64,000 nucleotides of DNA from Acidobacteriota bacterium (GTDB lineage: Bacteria > Acidobacteriota > Thermoanaerobaculia > Gp7-AA8), in the NCBI GenBank assembly GCA_034667465.1, contig JAXDJV010000014.1, forward strand, positions 209-64,208, read 5' to 3'. The number at the start of each line of letters is the position of its first letter. Position 1 is the first letter of the stretch. Positions 7,919 through 17,267 of this stretch are shown piece by piece. The notes beneath the pieces are model-generated. The model saw only the letters and a program-made list of their open reading frames with translations. It ran no database searches and was not told the origin of the DNA. Both the position numbers and the translations under genes were made by a program.

Positions 7919-10748
7919 ACTGCCTGGCGATGAGTCGCGAGAACAGTCCGCCTGCTCCTGCGAGCTCATCGAACGCTCCTTCTTCCACGATCTTCCCGCG
8001 ATCCATGACAAAAATCCGATCTGCCTTCCGAATCGTCGACAGGCGATGCGCAATCACGATCCGTGTCGCGCTGCTCAGCTCCAGCGTGCGCGTCACCACT
8101 TCCTGCGTCCGATTATCGAGCGCGCTCGTCGCTTCATCGAAGAGGATGATGCGCGGCTTGCGCACGAGCGCGCGGGCGATCAGCAGGCGCTGACGCTGCC
8201 CGCCGGAAAACGTACTCGTGCCGCTCTCGGAGATCAGCGTGTGCATCTCCATCGGCATCGCTCGTATGTCATCCGCCAGGCCGGCCGCCTCCGCCGCCTC
8301 CCACGCATCATCGAGCGTCAGCGACGACGACGAGCCGACGATGTTCGTGAAGATGTCGCCGCCGAGAAGCCGGCTGCTTTGCAGCACGACTCCGAGCTGA
8401 TGGTTGCGAATGGCCGAGATGTCGAGCGATGCGAGATCCTGTCCGTCGTAGTAAACGGCGCCGGTCTCCGGCGATTCGAATCCGAGCAGCAGACGGAGGG
8501 TCGTCGACTTGCCGGAACCTGATGGACCGACGAACGCGACAAACTGGCCGGGTCCGGCGCGGAACGAGACGTCGTCGAGCACGACCGGTCCGTCGGCGTG
8601 ATAGCGAAACGTCAGATGCGCGCATTCGATGAGCCCATTGAGCGCACCCGGATCGTTCTTCGTCTCCGTGACTTCCGGCGCCGTCTCCAGAATCGGCGCC
8701 GACTTCTCCATCACAGCTGCCGCGGAGACGATGCCGGTCGCAGCGTTGCTCAGCGCCACCACGCTGGCGAACAGCGTTCCGAACGCCGCGCTGAAGGCGA
8801 CGAAGTCGCCGGTGCGGAACGACTCGCCTTTTCCGAACAGCAGCCAGCCGCCCATGGCGAAGAGGAGCGCGGTGCAGAGTACCGGCAACACATCGTTGAA
8901 GACGTTGATCGCCGCTTTGAACGATCCGGCGCGATGCGCCTCCGCGCGCTGTTTCGAAAACGCCGCGCTCCACACTGCGAAGGCGCGTCGCTCCGACGCG
9001 GAGACGCGCAGTTTGGCGATGCCGGCGATCATCTGAAAGACGAGGCCGGAAACGCGCGCGTGCGCTTCCTGCTGCAGGCGCTCGTGGCGCAGCGATTCGC
9101 GGATGAGGAGTCCGTTGATCGTCCCCGCAACCGCGATCAAAGCAACGGCCATCAGCGCCAGCCGCCAGTCGTAATAGAAAAGGATGATCACGTTCACCGC
9201 GGAAAACGCGCTGGTGAGGACGACGGTGAGCGTCGACGTGCCGATGACTTCCTGCACGGTCTGAATCGCCGCGGCGCGCTGGCTGAGATCGCCCACCGCG
9301 TAGCGGCGGAAGAAGGGAACCGGAAGAGAGAGCAATCTGTCGACGAGCGCCGTCTGCAGTGCGGCGCTGATCCGCCCTTCCGTTCGCGTCAGCGCGAATG
9401 CCCGCGTGATGTCGAAGAGTGCCGCGCCGACTGCCGTGGCGCTGAGCGCGACGAGCACCGTGACGAAGTCCACCGATCGCGCATTCGGGATGACGAGGTT
9501 GAAGATGTGCGCGGTGGCCAGCGGGATGGCCAGCGCGAGAAGGCCGCCGGCGAGCGCTGCGACCACGATTCCGGCAAGGTCCGACCTGACGAGCGGTGCG
9601 ATGAACGAAACGAGATCGTGCACTTCGCGCGCGCGATCGGGGAGCGGGCGATAGAAGGTGACGGCGAATGGCTGCAACTCGGCGGCGACCGCCGGCGTGA
9701 CCGGTCGTCTGCCTCCGCTTTTCGGATCGTGAAGTACATAAGACCCGCGGCCCGCCGGAAGGAGCGCGACGGGCGACGCATCTTCCTTCAGATATCCGAG
9801 CAGCGAGCCGGCATCGCTCCGCCACCAGAGATCGCGCAATGCCACGCGCCGGCTTCGCACGCGCGACGTTCTGCAAATCGCCGGAAGCAGATCGCTCGCG
9901 TGCCGCACCTCCCATCGCGGAGGATCGCGAAACTCGATGCCGGCGACGGAACCGATTGCGCGGCACGCCGCCATCATCGGATCGCGCATGACCGACGCAT
10001 CAACCGCCGTCGTTTCCGGTTCGAGAACCGACGCCAGGTTGCCGAGTGCGTGTTGCCACATCCGCTGATCGGACGCCGCTCTGGCCTGCAGCCGCTGCGT
10101 CGTCTGCTGGTCTTCGATGTCGATCGCACCGGAGAGACCTGCCTGCATCAGATCGATGAGTACGCCGAGGCCGGATGTGTCGCCGCCGTCGCGCAGGTGT
10201 TCCTCGGTGTCGCGCGTTTCGAAGCGCGCATCGTTTACAGCAGCGATCCAGAGACCGTGAAGCGGGACCCATCCATGTTCGGGACCGAGCTCGAGCCACG
10301 AGCGCGCGCCGATCCGCGTCGAACCTTCGATGTGCCGGATCCAGATGGTTCGCTCGCGAACGCTTGCATGCTTTCCACGCCGCAGAATGAATTGCTGTCC
10401 TGGTGCGAGCAGCTCATGCATGGCAACGTGATCGGGCGAAGCGAGGAGCGGTGCGAGACTGGCGACGAGACGATCGATCGCCGCTGCATGAACGACATCG
10501 GCCAGCGCGGAAACCGGCACGCTGCGAAGACGCGTGCTGCCATGACCCACCGCGGTCAGCACGAATCGCGCGTCCGGCGGAGGAGGCGCCGGCGGAATCA
10601 GATCGCCTGCCTCGGCGGACCAGAGATAGCGCCGCGCTCCATAGCCTTCCGCGAGGAGCGGCACGGCGAAGACATCGACACTTCCTTCGACGACGAGCCA
10701 GGCGCAGCCGGCGTCATCGAGAGGCAGCGGCGAACCGTCGCGCTCCAT
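7911..10748 (-). CDS. NHLM/NHLP-type bacteriocin-export ABC transporter (permease + ATPase) with an N-terminal cNMP-binding-like extension
   Basis: 945 aa. About 300 aa of N-terminal beta-roll/cNMP-like domain, then 6 TM helices, then Walker A GPSGSGKST, signature LSGGQRQRL and Walker B ILFDEATSALD. It matches the peptidase-less partner of a C39-peptidase ABC transporter in NHLM systems. Confidence 0.8.
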   Translation of the reverse strand: MERDGSPLPLDDAGCAWLVVEGSVDVFAVPLLAEGYGARRYLWSAEAGDLIPPAPPPPDARFVLTAVGHGSTRLRSVPVSALADVVHAAAIDRLVASLAPLLASPDHVAMHELLAPGQQFILRRGKHASVRERTIWIRHIEGSTRIGARSWLELGPEHGWVPLHGLWIAAVNDARFETRDTEEHLRDGGDTSGLGVLIDLMQAGLSGAIDIEDQQTTQRLQARAASDQRMWQHALGNLASVLEPETTAVDASVMRDPMMAACRAIGSVAGIEFRDPPRWEVRHASDLLPAICRTSRVRSRRVALRDLWWRSDAGSLLGYLKEDASPVALLPAGRGSYVLHDPKSGGRRPVTPAVAAELQPFAVTFYRPLPDRAREVHDLVSFIAPLVRSDLAGIVVAALAGGLLALAIPLATAHIFNLVIPNARSVDFVTVLVALSATAVGAALFDITRAFALTRTEGRISAALQTALVDRLLSLPVPFFRRYAVGDLSQRAAAIQTVQEVIGTSTLTVVLTSAFSAVNVIILFYYDWRLALMAVALIAVAGTINGLLIRESLRHERLQQEAHARVSGLVFQMIAGIAKLRVSASERRAFAVWSAAFSKQRAEAHRAGSFKAAINVFNDVLPVLCTALLFAMGGWLLFGKGESFRTGDFVAFSAAFGTLFASVVALSNAATGIVSAAAVMEKSAPILETAPEVTETKNDPGALNGLIECAHLTFRYHADGPVVLDDVSFRAGPGQFVAFVGPSGSGKSTTLRLLLGFESPETGAVYYDGQDLASLDISAIRNHQLGVVLQSSRLLGGDIFTNIVGSSSSLTLDDAWEAAEAAGLADDIRAMPMEMHTLISESGTSTFSGGQRQRLLIARALVRKPRIILFDEATSALDNRTQEVVTRTLELSSATRIVIAHRLSTIRKADRIFVMDRGKIVEEGAFDELAGAGGLFSRLIARQYA

Positions 10749-10750
10749 CG

Positions 10751-12913
10751 CTACGCCTCCCTCGCCAGCAGCGCGTAATCACCCTGCACATCTGCCACGA
10801 GCTCCGCGTGCCGTCCGCGCTGTACGACCTTCCCTTCGCTCAACACGAGAATTTCGTCCGCATCACGAATCGTCGACAAGCGGTGCGCAACCGTTACGCA
10901 CGAACATCCGCGACGCCGCACGTTCCTTTCAATCAGCGCCTCCGTCACCGCATCAATCGCGCTCGTCGCCTCATCGAGGACGAGCACCCGCGGACCGGCG
11001 ACCAGCGCGCGGGCGATCTCCAGCCGCTGCCGCTGTCCTCCGCTGAAGTTCGATCCTCCTTCTTCAATGCGCGCGTCGTAGCCGCCGCGCCGCGACATGA
11101 TCTCGTCGTGGATGCAGGCGTCTTTGCATGCCTGAATGAGCACGGCGTCGGGAACGGTGGCGTCCCACAGCGTGAGGTTCTCGCGCACGGTGCCTGCGAA
11201 AAGCGCGATGTCCTGATCGACGACGGCGACGGAGCTCGCGATCTGTGCGCGCGGCAACTCGCCGCGAGCGCGGCCATCGAACAGCACCTCTCCCTGCCAC
11301 GGCTGATACTGACCGGTGATGAGACGCACGACCGTCGACTTTCCGCAGCCCGACGGGCCGACGAGCGCCACGCGCGCGCCCGGCGTGAGACGAAAGCTGA
11401 CGTTACGAATCAGCGGCTCATCGAGTCGCGAATAGCCGAACGTCACGCCGCGGAACTCGAGGTCTCCCGCCAGCCGCTCGGTGACGACTTCGCTGCCGCC
11501 GTCGTCGCGCGCCACCTCCGGATCGAGCGGCGCGCCAAGCACGTCGTCGATGCGGTTCATGTTTCCCTCGATCATCTGCAGATCGGCGGCGAGGCCGACG
11601 AGGTTCGTCACCGGCAGAAAAAAGCTCGCCGCGAGCGTCTGAAACGCGACGAGCATGCCCATCGTCATCTCGCCCTGCGCAACGCGATAGCCGCCCGCGA
11701 CCAGCACCAGTACTTTGGCCATGGCGATCACGAAGGTCGGAACGGTGAGGAAGAGTTGCGTGATGCGATTCAGAGCCTGCTGCGCGTTGACCAGTTTCGC
11801 GTGGTGACCGGCCCATCGCGCGAAGAGATCGGATTCCGTTCCGGTGGCCTTGACTCCTTCAATCGTCGTAAGCCCGGCGCCGATCGTGCCGGCGAGCTTC
11901 GACTGCTCCTGCAGCATGCGCCGATAGCCATCAACGCGCATCCGATTCACCGCGGCCGTCACGGCGGCGACGACGACCACGGCGATCATCGCGATCATCG
12001 TCAGCGAGACGTCGTAGGAAAGCATCAGCAGCGGGAAGAAGACGACGAGCAGCGCGTCGATCAGCGTCGATGCAAGACGGGAGGAGAGAAACGCCGCGAC
12101 CTTGCTGTTGAGCGCGACTCGATTCGTGAGATCGCCGACAGATCGCCCGGTGAAAAACTCGATCGGAAGTTGCAGCACGTGCCAGAGAAATGTGCTCGCG
12201 CCGACCGCGGCGAGTTTCGTCTCCAGTCGCAGCAGCGCGTGCCGCTGCACCCAGGCGAGACCGCCTCGCAGCAATGCGGTCAGCAACAGTCCGATGACGA
12301 GCGGACGAAGCCATCCTTCCGCGTGCGCCACGAGAACCTTGTCGACGAAGAGACGCGCGAAGGCGGGGACGATCAGTCCCGGAACCACGAGGCAGAGGCC
12401 GGCGATCAGCGCAAACAGCACCGCGGTGTTCGAGCCACGCAACCGTTGACGCAGAGTGGAAATCAGACGAGGCCGCGAGCCTCCTTTCCGGAAGCCGGAG
12501 TCCGGACGAAACGTCAGCACCACGCCGGTGAACGAGTCGTCGAACTCCTGCTCGCTGACCACGCGCGGTCCCGAAGCGGGATCGTTCAGGTAGTAGCGGC
12601 CGTTGCCGTGTCCTTCGAGGACGAGGAAGTGATTGAAGTTCCAGAAGAGCACCGCGGGCAGCGGTACATCCGCGAGCTGGTTCAGCTCCTTCTTGAATCC
12701 TTTGGACTCGAGGCCGTAGTTGCGCGCGGCGCGAAGCACGTTCGATGCTTTCGATCCGTTGCGCGACACGCCGCACGCCGAGCGCAATTCCTCCAGCGAA
12801 ACGATGCGGCCGTAGTAGCCGAGGATGATGGCCAGGGAGGCGGCGCCACACTCGATCGTCTCCATCTGGAGAACCGTCGGAGTGCGGACTCGTCGGACAG
12901 GCTCAGAGCCCAA
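10751..12913 (-). CDS. Peptidase-containing ABC transporter (N-terminal C39 Cys peptidase + TMD + ABC ATPase)
   Basis: C39 motif VLQMETIECGAASLAIILGYYG...NHFLVL, then a TM domain, then GPSGCGKST, LSGGQRQRL and LVLDEATSAID. Confidence 0.85.
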   Translation of the reverse strand: MGSEPVRRVRTPTVLQMETIECGAASLAIILGYYGRIVSLEELRSACGVSRNGSKASNVLRAARNYGLESKGFKKELNQLADVPLPAVLFWNFNHFLVLEGHGNGRYYLNDPASGPRVVSEQEFDDSFTGVVLTFRPDSGFRKGGSRPRLISTLRQRLRGSNTAVLFALIAGLCLVVPGLIVPAFARLFVDKVLVAHAEGWLRPLVIGLLLTALLRGGLAWVQRHALLRLETKLAAVGASTFLWHVLQLPIEFFTGRSVGDLTNRVALNSKVAAFLSSRLASTLIDALLVVFFPLLMLSYDVSLTMIAMIAVVVVAAVTAAVNRMRVDGYRRMLQEQSKLAGTIGAGLTTIEGVKATGTESDLFARWAGHHAKLVNAQQALNRITQLFLTVPTFVIAMAKVLVLVAGGYRVAQGEMTMGMLVAFQTLAASFFLPVTNLVGLAADLQMIEGNMNRIDDVLGAPLDPEVARDDGGSEVVTERLAGDLEFRGVTFGYSRLDEPLIRNVSFRLTPGARVALVGPSGCGKSTVVRLITGQYQPWQGEVLFDGRARGELPRAQIASSVAVVDQDIALFAGTVRENLTLWDATVPDAVLIQACKDACIHDEIMSRRGGYDARIEEGGSNFSGGQRQRLEIARALVAGPRVLVLDEATSAIDAVTEALIERNVRRRGCSCVTVAHRLSTIRDADEILVLSEGKVVQRGRHAELVADVQGDYALLAREA

Positions 12914-14153
12914 GCCACTTCCTCAGACCCGGAATCACGAGTGCGATCGGCCGGCGCTGCTCGAGGGTGATCTTCGCCTGCAACAGCGTTCCGCTGCCGA
13001 ATGAGAGATCGGGACCCTGCCTGCTCGTCCAGTGGAAACCGCTCGGCGTCGTGCGATCGCGCTCCAGTTCCACGGAGACGACATACGCCGCGCCGCGCGC
13101 GGTGAAGTCGCGAACGAGCGTGTCGTTGCGCAGCAGCACATTCATGGCCGTCGGTGAGAGCGGGCTGTCCGAGACCGAGACGACGTGGCCGAGCATGTAG
13201 CCGTACTCTTCCCAGGGGACGCCGGCCGGCGACATCTGCACGCGCATACCGCGTCGCACCTGCTTCGCCGCGCTGCCGATGAACGTCAGTCCCACGAGCG
13301 GCGCGTCTGCGCGTTCGAGCGTGATCAACGGCTGTCCGCGCGTGACGAGGGCGCCGTCGCCGGTGAGCAGCTCGACGACTTTTCCCGCGCCGGGACTGCT
13401 GATCGTTCCCGACTCCGCCAGCTGACTTTCGAGCGTTTCGATCTGACGCCGCGATTCCGCCGCGGCCTCCTCGAGGGAGAAGACACTCTGACTGGCCTGT
13501 GTCTCCACCGATCCTTCACGCGCGGTCAGCGCTTTGAGCTGCGACTCTCCGGTGGCAAGCGTCTGCCTGGCATCATCGAGCTGCTGAACCGCATCCTGGA
13601 ACGTCTGCTGATTGATGAGGCCCGCGCGAAGCAGTTCCTGATTCGCGGCGATGCGCGTTTCGAGATAGCGGATTCGCGCGCGCGTCGACTCCTGCGTCTG
13701 CAACGTCTGCTGTCGCTGCTGGGCGATCGTGGCGCGCTCCAGATCGGCATCGCGGGCAATCTTTCCGCGCGTCACATCGCGATTGCGTTCGAGCTCAGCG
13801 AGGCGGGCGCGCGCCTGGCGAAGGTTGTCCTCGACGTCCGCCTGCACGAGCCGGCCGATCGGCTGGCCGGCCTTCACCGTGTCGCCGACATGCACGTGAA
13901 GATCGCGCACCACGCCCGCGGCACTCGATTCGACGTTGACGAGTCCCGACCACCGCAACATCAGCCCTTCTCCCTCGAGCGAGTCGGGGACCGCGCCGAA
14001 GACACCCCACGCGATTGCAGCGACAACGACTGCGCCGAGTCCGGCGAGTGCGAACCAGATGCGCGGCGTCGTCACCTCCAGTAGTGTGTCGAGCCGCTCG
14101 GGGCTGGAGAGCCGTTCGAGCGAAGCACGCCGGAAGATCGATTCGTCTTTCAT
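12903..14153 (-). CDS. HlyD-family membrane fusion / secretion protein
   Basis: N-terminal TM anchor, long coiled coil and C-terminal beta-domain. It is translationally coupled to the C39-peptidase ABC transporter gene (11-nt overlap). Confidence 0.8.
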   Translation of the reverse strand: MKDESIFRRASLERLSSPERLDTLLEVTTPRIWFALAGLGAVVVAAIAWGVFGAVPDSLEGEGLMLRWSGLVNVESSAAGVVRDLHVHVGDTVKAGQPIGRLVQADVEDNLRQARARLAELERNRDVTRGKIARDADLERATIAQQRQQTLQTQESTRARIRYLETRIAANQELLRAGLINQQTFQDAVQQLDDARQTLATGESQLKALTAREGSVETQASQSVFSLEEAAAESRRQIETLESQLAESGTISSPGAGKVVELLTGDGALVTRGQPLITLERADAPLVGLTFIGSAAKQVRRGMRVQMSPAGVPWEEYGYMLGHVVSVSDSPLSPTAMNVLLRNDTLVRDFTARGAAYVVSVELERDRTTPSGFHWTSRQGPDLSFGSGTLLQAKITLEQRRPIALVIPGLRKWLGL

Positions 14154-14683
14154 TGACCGGCGGAAAGGCGCCTCAGCATGCGGCTGAATCGATCGCCGGC
14201 CATCGATACCGAGTCGAGAAAGTTTGCATCGAGCTCATCTTCCTCGAGCATGCCCGCACTTCGCGTCGATCCCTTGCGCTCATTCGCGGTGCGCAGGCGA
14301 TCGGAGAGCATCATGGCCATCGCCTTGTAGAAGCGCGCCGCGAACGCGTCATCGCTCCTGAGCCGGCCGGTGAGCGTCTCGCGCGGCACCTGAAGGATCT
14401 CGCATCGCGTCGTTGCTTTGACGGTCGCCGATGGGAGCGCCGCGCTGATGAACGACATCTCTCCGACGATTTCCCCCGGACCAACGCGGCCGAGCTCGGC
14501 GCCTGCCGCTGCCTCCAGCGTCACCACGAGGTCGCCGTCGAGCACGATCGAGATTGCATCGGCGGCCTTCCCTTCGGCGATCAACGTCCCGCCGGAGGCA
14601 AGTGTGACCTTCTGCCCATTCGCCGCGAGCCAGTCGGCGTCGAGATCCGTGAGCTGTCCCAGAATGAACAGAACGTTCTTCAT
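14150..14683 (-). CDS. Stand-alone cyclic nucleotide-binding domain protein
   Basis: 177 aa. GEIVGEMSFI...A matches the cNMP phosphate-binding cassette. ATGA overlap with the HlyD gene start. Confidence 0.7.
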   Translation of the reverse strand: MKNVLFILGQLTDLDADWLAANGQKVTLASGGTLIAEGKAADAISIVLDGDLVVTLEAAAGAELGRVGPGEIVGEMSFISAALPSATVKATTRCEILQVPRETLTGRLRSDDAFAARFYKAMAMMLSDRLRTANERKGSTRSAGMLEEDELDANFLDSVSMAGDRFSRMLRRLSAGQ

Positions 14684-14792
14684 GCACTCCTCGGAATGAA
14701 TTCGTTTGGACGACGCGGCGATCTTACGACAGCGTCCGGCGAACTGAGCCGCAGAAAAGCACGCTCATTGCCGTATCCTTCAAGCCCTTTAC

Positions 14793-16727
14793 ATGATTCA
14801 GATTGGAATGAAGCTCGGCCCCTACGAGATCGTTGCGTCCGTAGGCGTCGGGGGGATGGGTGAGGTCTATCGCGCGGTCGATGAGCGTCTTGGCCGGACC
14901 GTCGCCATCAAGATTCTCCTCACGGAATCGTCAGGCAGCGCGGACCTGAAAGAGCGCTTCGACCGCGAGGCGCGCGCCATCTCCAGGCTCAATCACCCGA
15001 ACATCTGCGTGCTGTACGACATCGGCCATCAGGATGGAATCGACTACCTCGTGATGGAGTACCTCGATGGCGAAACGCTGGCCGACGCGCTCGCCCGCGG
15101 ACCGCTTCCGCTTCCACAGGTACTCCGCATCGGCGCGGAAATCGCCAATGCGCTCGATCGCGCCCATCGTGATGGAATCGTTCACCGCGATCTCAAGCCG
15201 GGCAACATCATGCTCACCCGATCCGGCGCGAAGGTGCTCGACTTCGGCCTGGCCAAAGAGACTCCGATGCTGCTCGGCGCGAACGACGCGACGGCGCGCA
15301 TGGCGTTGACGGCCGAGGGAACGATCGTCGGCACGCTGCAATACATGGCGCCCGAACAACTCGAAGCGCGTCCTGCCGACTCTCGCACCGACCTCTTCGC
15401 GCTCGGCGCGATTCTCTACGAGATGACCACCGGGCACCGCGCCTTCGATGGAGTCAGTCCCGCCAGCATCATCACGGCCATCATGAGCCGCGATCCGGAG
15501 CCGATGTCCGCATGCACACCGATGACGCCGCCGGCGCTCGATCAACTCGTGCGCCGTTGCCTGGCGAAGCGGCAGGACGATCGACTTCAGAGCGCGCACG
15601 ATCTCTCCATCGCGCTCCAGGACCTTCGCGACGAAACGGCGTCCCATCTCCGGTCAGGTTTCAGCTCGAGTCCGAATTCGAATCTCCTGGCAACGCCATC
15701 ACCGCGCCTGAACCGGCGCCGTACATTCTTCGTGGCTGGATCGATCGCGGCCGCACTCCTCCTCGCCGGCAGCGGATGGTGGATCGGTCAATCGCGAAAA
15801 AGCCCGGGCGCGGTGTCGACTGCAAGAACGGTCGCCGTGCTCCCATTCGCCACGCTCGGCGTCGACAACGCTCACACGTATCTCGGTGGCGCTCTTCCGG
15901 ACGAGATCACGACGATCCTCAGCAACAGCCACAACCTGTCGGTGCGCCCCTTCTCGGCCACACGACACCTCGGCGCGGATACCGATCCGCAGGAAGCGGC
16001 GCGAAAGCTCGATGTGGGCGGAATCATCAGCGGTCATCTTCTCGCCGAGGGCGAGCGCCTGTCGATCACACTGGAGGCGATCGACGTCAGCGAGAACAAG
16101 CTGCTCTGGCGTGACGTGTTCGACAGCCCGGCTTCAGATCTCCTGTCGATTCGTCGCGAGCTCTCGACGCGCATTCAGAACAATCTGCTGCCCGAAGCTG
16201 GCGGGCGGAACGGCCACTCCGGAACAGAGCCAGCCGACGAGCGGCGAGGCCTACGCGCTTTATCTCCGCGCCACGGTGGCATCGACCGATCCCGCGCCCA
16301 ACAAGGAGGCTGTGGCGATGCTGCAGCGGGCGGTCACGCTCGATCCGAAGTTCGCACTGGCCTGGGAAGCTCTGGCGCAGCGCGAGTACTTCGACTCCAG
16401 TTTCTCCAACGGAGGTCCGTCTGCACTGGCGCGCATGCAGGATGCGGCGAAGCGCGCGCTGGCCATCGATCCCGATCGTGTCAATCCGGCCCTGCGCCTC
16501 ATTTCCATGAATGCCGAAAACGGAAGAATCGCCGATGCGTACCACGATGCCGTGGCGCTCGTACGCCGCCGGCCCGACAGCGCCGACGCTCATTTCACGC
16601 TGTCGTACGTGATGCGCTACGGCGGTGCCCTCAAAGAAGCGGCGGACGAATGCAATCGCGCATGGGCCATCGATCACGGCAACCGCAGCGCGCGTTCCTG
16701 CGCCATCGTGTTCATGGGTCTCGGTGA
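14793..16727 (+). CDS. Ser/Thr protein kinase (Hanks-type kinase domain plus TM segment); the frame is credible only to about 16195, then a frameshift
   Basis: GxGxxG VGVGGMGEVYRA, VAIK, HRDLKPGNIML, DFGLAK and APE motifs. After about nt 16195 the translation becomes low-complexity. The real continuation is in another frame (see next feature). Confidence 0.7.
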   Translation: MIQIGMKLGPYEIVASVGVGGMGEVYRAVDERLGRTVAIKILLTESSGSADLKERFDREARAISRLNHPNICVLYDIGHQDGIDYLVMEYLDGETLADALARGPLPLPQVLRIGAEIANALDRAHRDGIVHRDLKPGNIMLTRSGAKVLDFGLAKETPMLLGANDATARMALTAEGTIVGTLQYMAPEQLEARPADSRTDLFALGAILYEMTTGHRAFDGVSPASIITAIMSRDPEPMSACTPMTPPALDQLVRRCLAKRQDDRLQSAHDLSIALQDLRDETASHLRSGFSSSPNSNLLATPSPRLNRRRTFFVAGSIAAALLLAGSGWWIGQSRKSPGAVSTARTVAVLPFATLGVDNAHTYLGGALPDEITTILSNSHNLSVRPFSATRHLGADTDPQEAARKLDVGGIISGHLLAEGERLSITLEAIDVSENKLLWRDVFDSPASDLLSIRRELSTRIQNNLLPEAGGRNGHSGTEPADERRGLRALSPRHGGIDRSRAQQGGCGDAAAGGHARSEVRTGLGSSGAARVLRLQFLQRRSVCTGAHAGCGEARAGHRSRSCQSGPAPHFHECRKRKNRRCVPRCRGARTPPARQRRRSFHAVVRDALRRCPQRSGGRMQSRMGHRSRQPQRAFLRHRVHGSR

Positions 16728-17169
16728 CTACGATCGCGCACTCGAGTTCACACGCGTGGATGGCGGAACGGAATGGGCGAACCGCATCACCGGCAACATC
16801 TATCTGCGGCAGGGGAAGTATCAGGAAGCAGCGGACCTGGTCAGCGGTCCGCGCCAGGCTCTGATTCGGGCAGCAGTGAATCACGATCGGAAGGAAGTCG
16901 ATCGCGTGGCCGACCGGCTTCTGGCCGCCAATCAATCGAGCAGTGACGGCGAGCCGCTGTACTTCATCGGCAACGTCGTCAGCCTGGGTGGCGATCCGCA
17001 GAAAGCGCTCGGCCTCCTCCGCGAGGCGGTGCGCAGGAACTACTGTTCGTATCCCGCCGTCGAGAGCGATCCACTCTGGGCTCCCGCTCGCGCGCTTCCC
17101 GAATACGCGGAGGTTCGTCGCAGCGCGCAAGCCTGCCACGAAGCGTTCATGAAGGAGATGGCGAAGTAG
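16195..17169 (+). CDS. C-terminal TPR-like region of the same Ser/Thr kinase, in a different frame (frameshift or sequencing error)
   Basis: The frame of ORF 15886-17169 reads ...LLPKLAGGTATPEQSQPTSGEAYALYLRA...AVAMLQRAVTLDPKFALAWEALAQ..., a typical kinase-associated TPR tail. It joins the kinase frame near 16195. Confidence 0.5.
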   Translation, partial: KLAGGTATPEQSQPTSGEAYALYLRATVASTDPAPNKEAVAMLQRAVTLDPKFALAWEALAQREYFDSSFSNGGPSALARMQDAAKRALAIDPDRVNPALRLISMNAENGRIADAYHDAVALVRRRPDSADAHFTLSYVMRYGGALKEAADECNRAWAIDHGNRSARSCAIVFMGLGDYDRALEFTRVDGGTEWANRITGNIYLRQGKYQEAADLVSGPRQALIRAAVNHDRKEVDRVADRLLAANQSSSDGEPLYFIGNVVSLGGDPQKALGLLREAVRRNYCSYPAVESDPLWAPARALPEYAEVRRSAQACHEAFMKEMAK

Positions 17170-17267
17170 GGAGGGGAATTCCGTTCGCTGTACGACGCCG
17201 ATGCACGTGGAACATGTTGGTATCCGGCAGTGCATCGATTAAGCGAACGAGCGTAATGATGTAGATT

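Noticed and set aside
8308-9966. 552-aa minus-strand ORF, plus the 8598-10778 (+) and 10403-12970 (+) ORFs of 726-855 aa
   Set aside because: They are extremely Arg/Asp/Glu/His-rich, low-complexity translations lying inside or antisense to the well-supported ABC transporter genes. These are alternate-frame artefacts of high GC.
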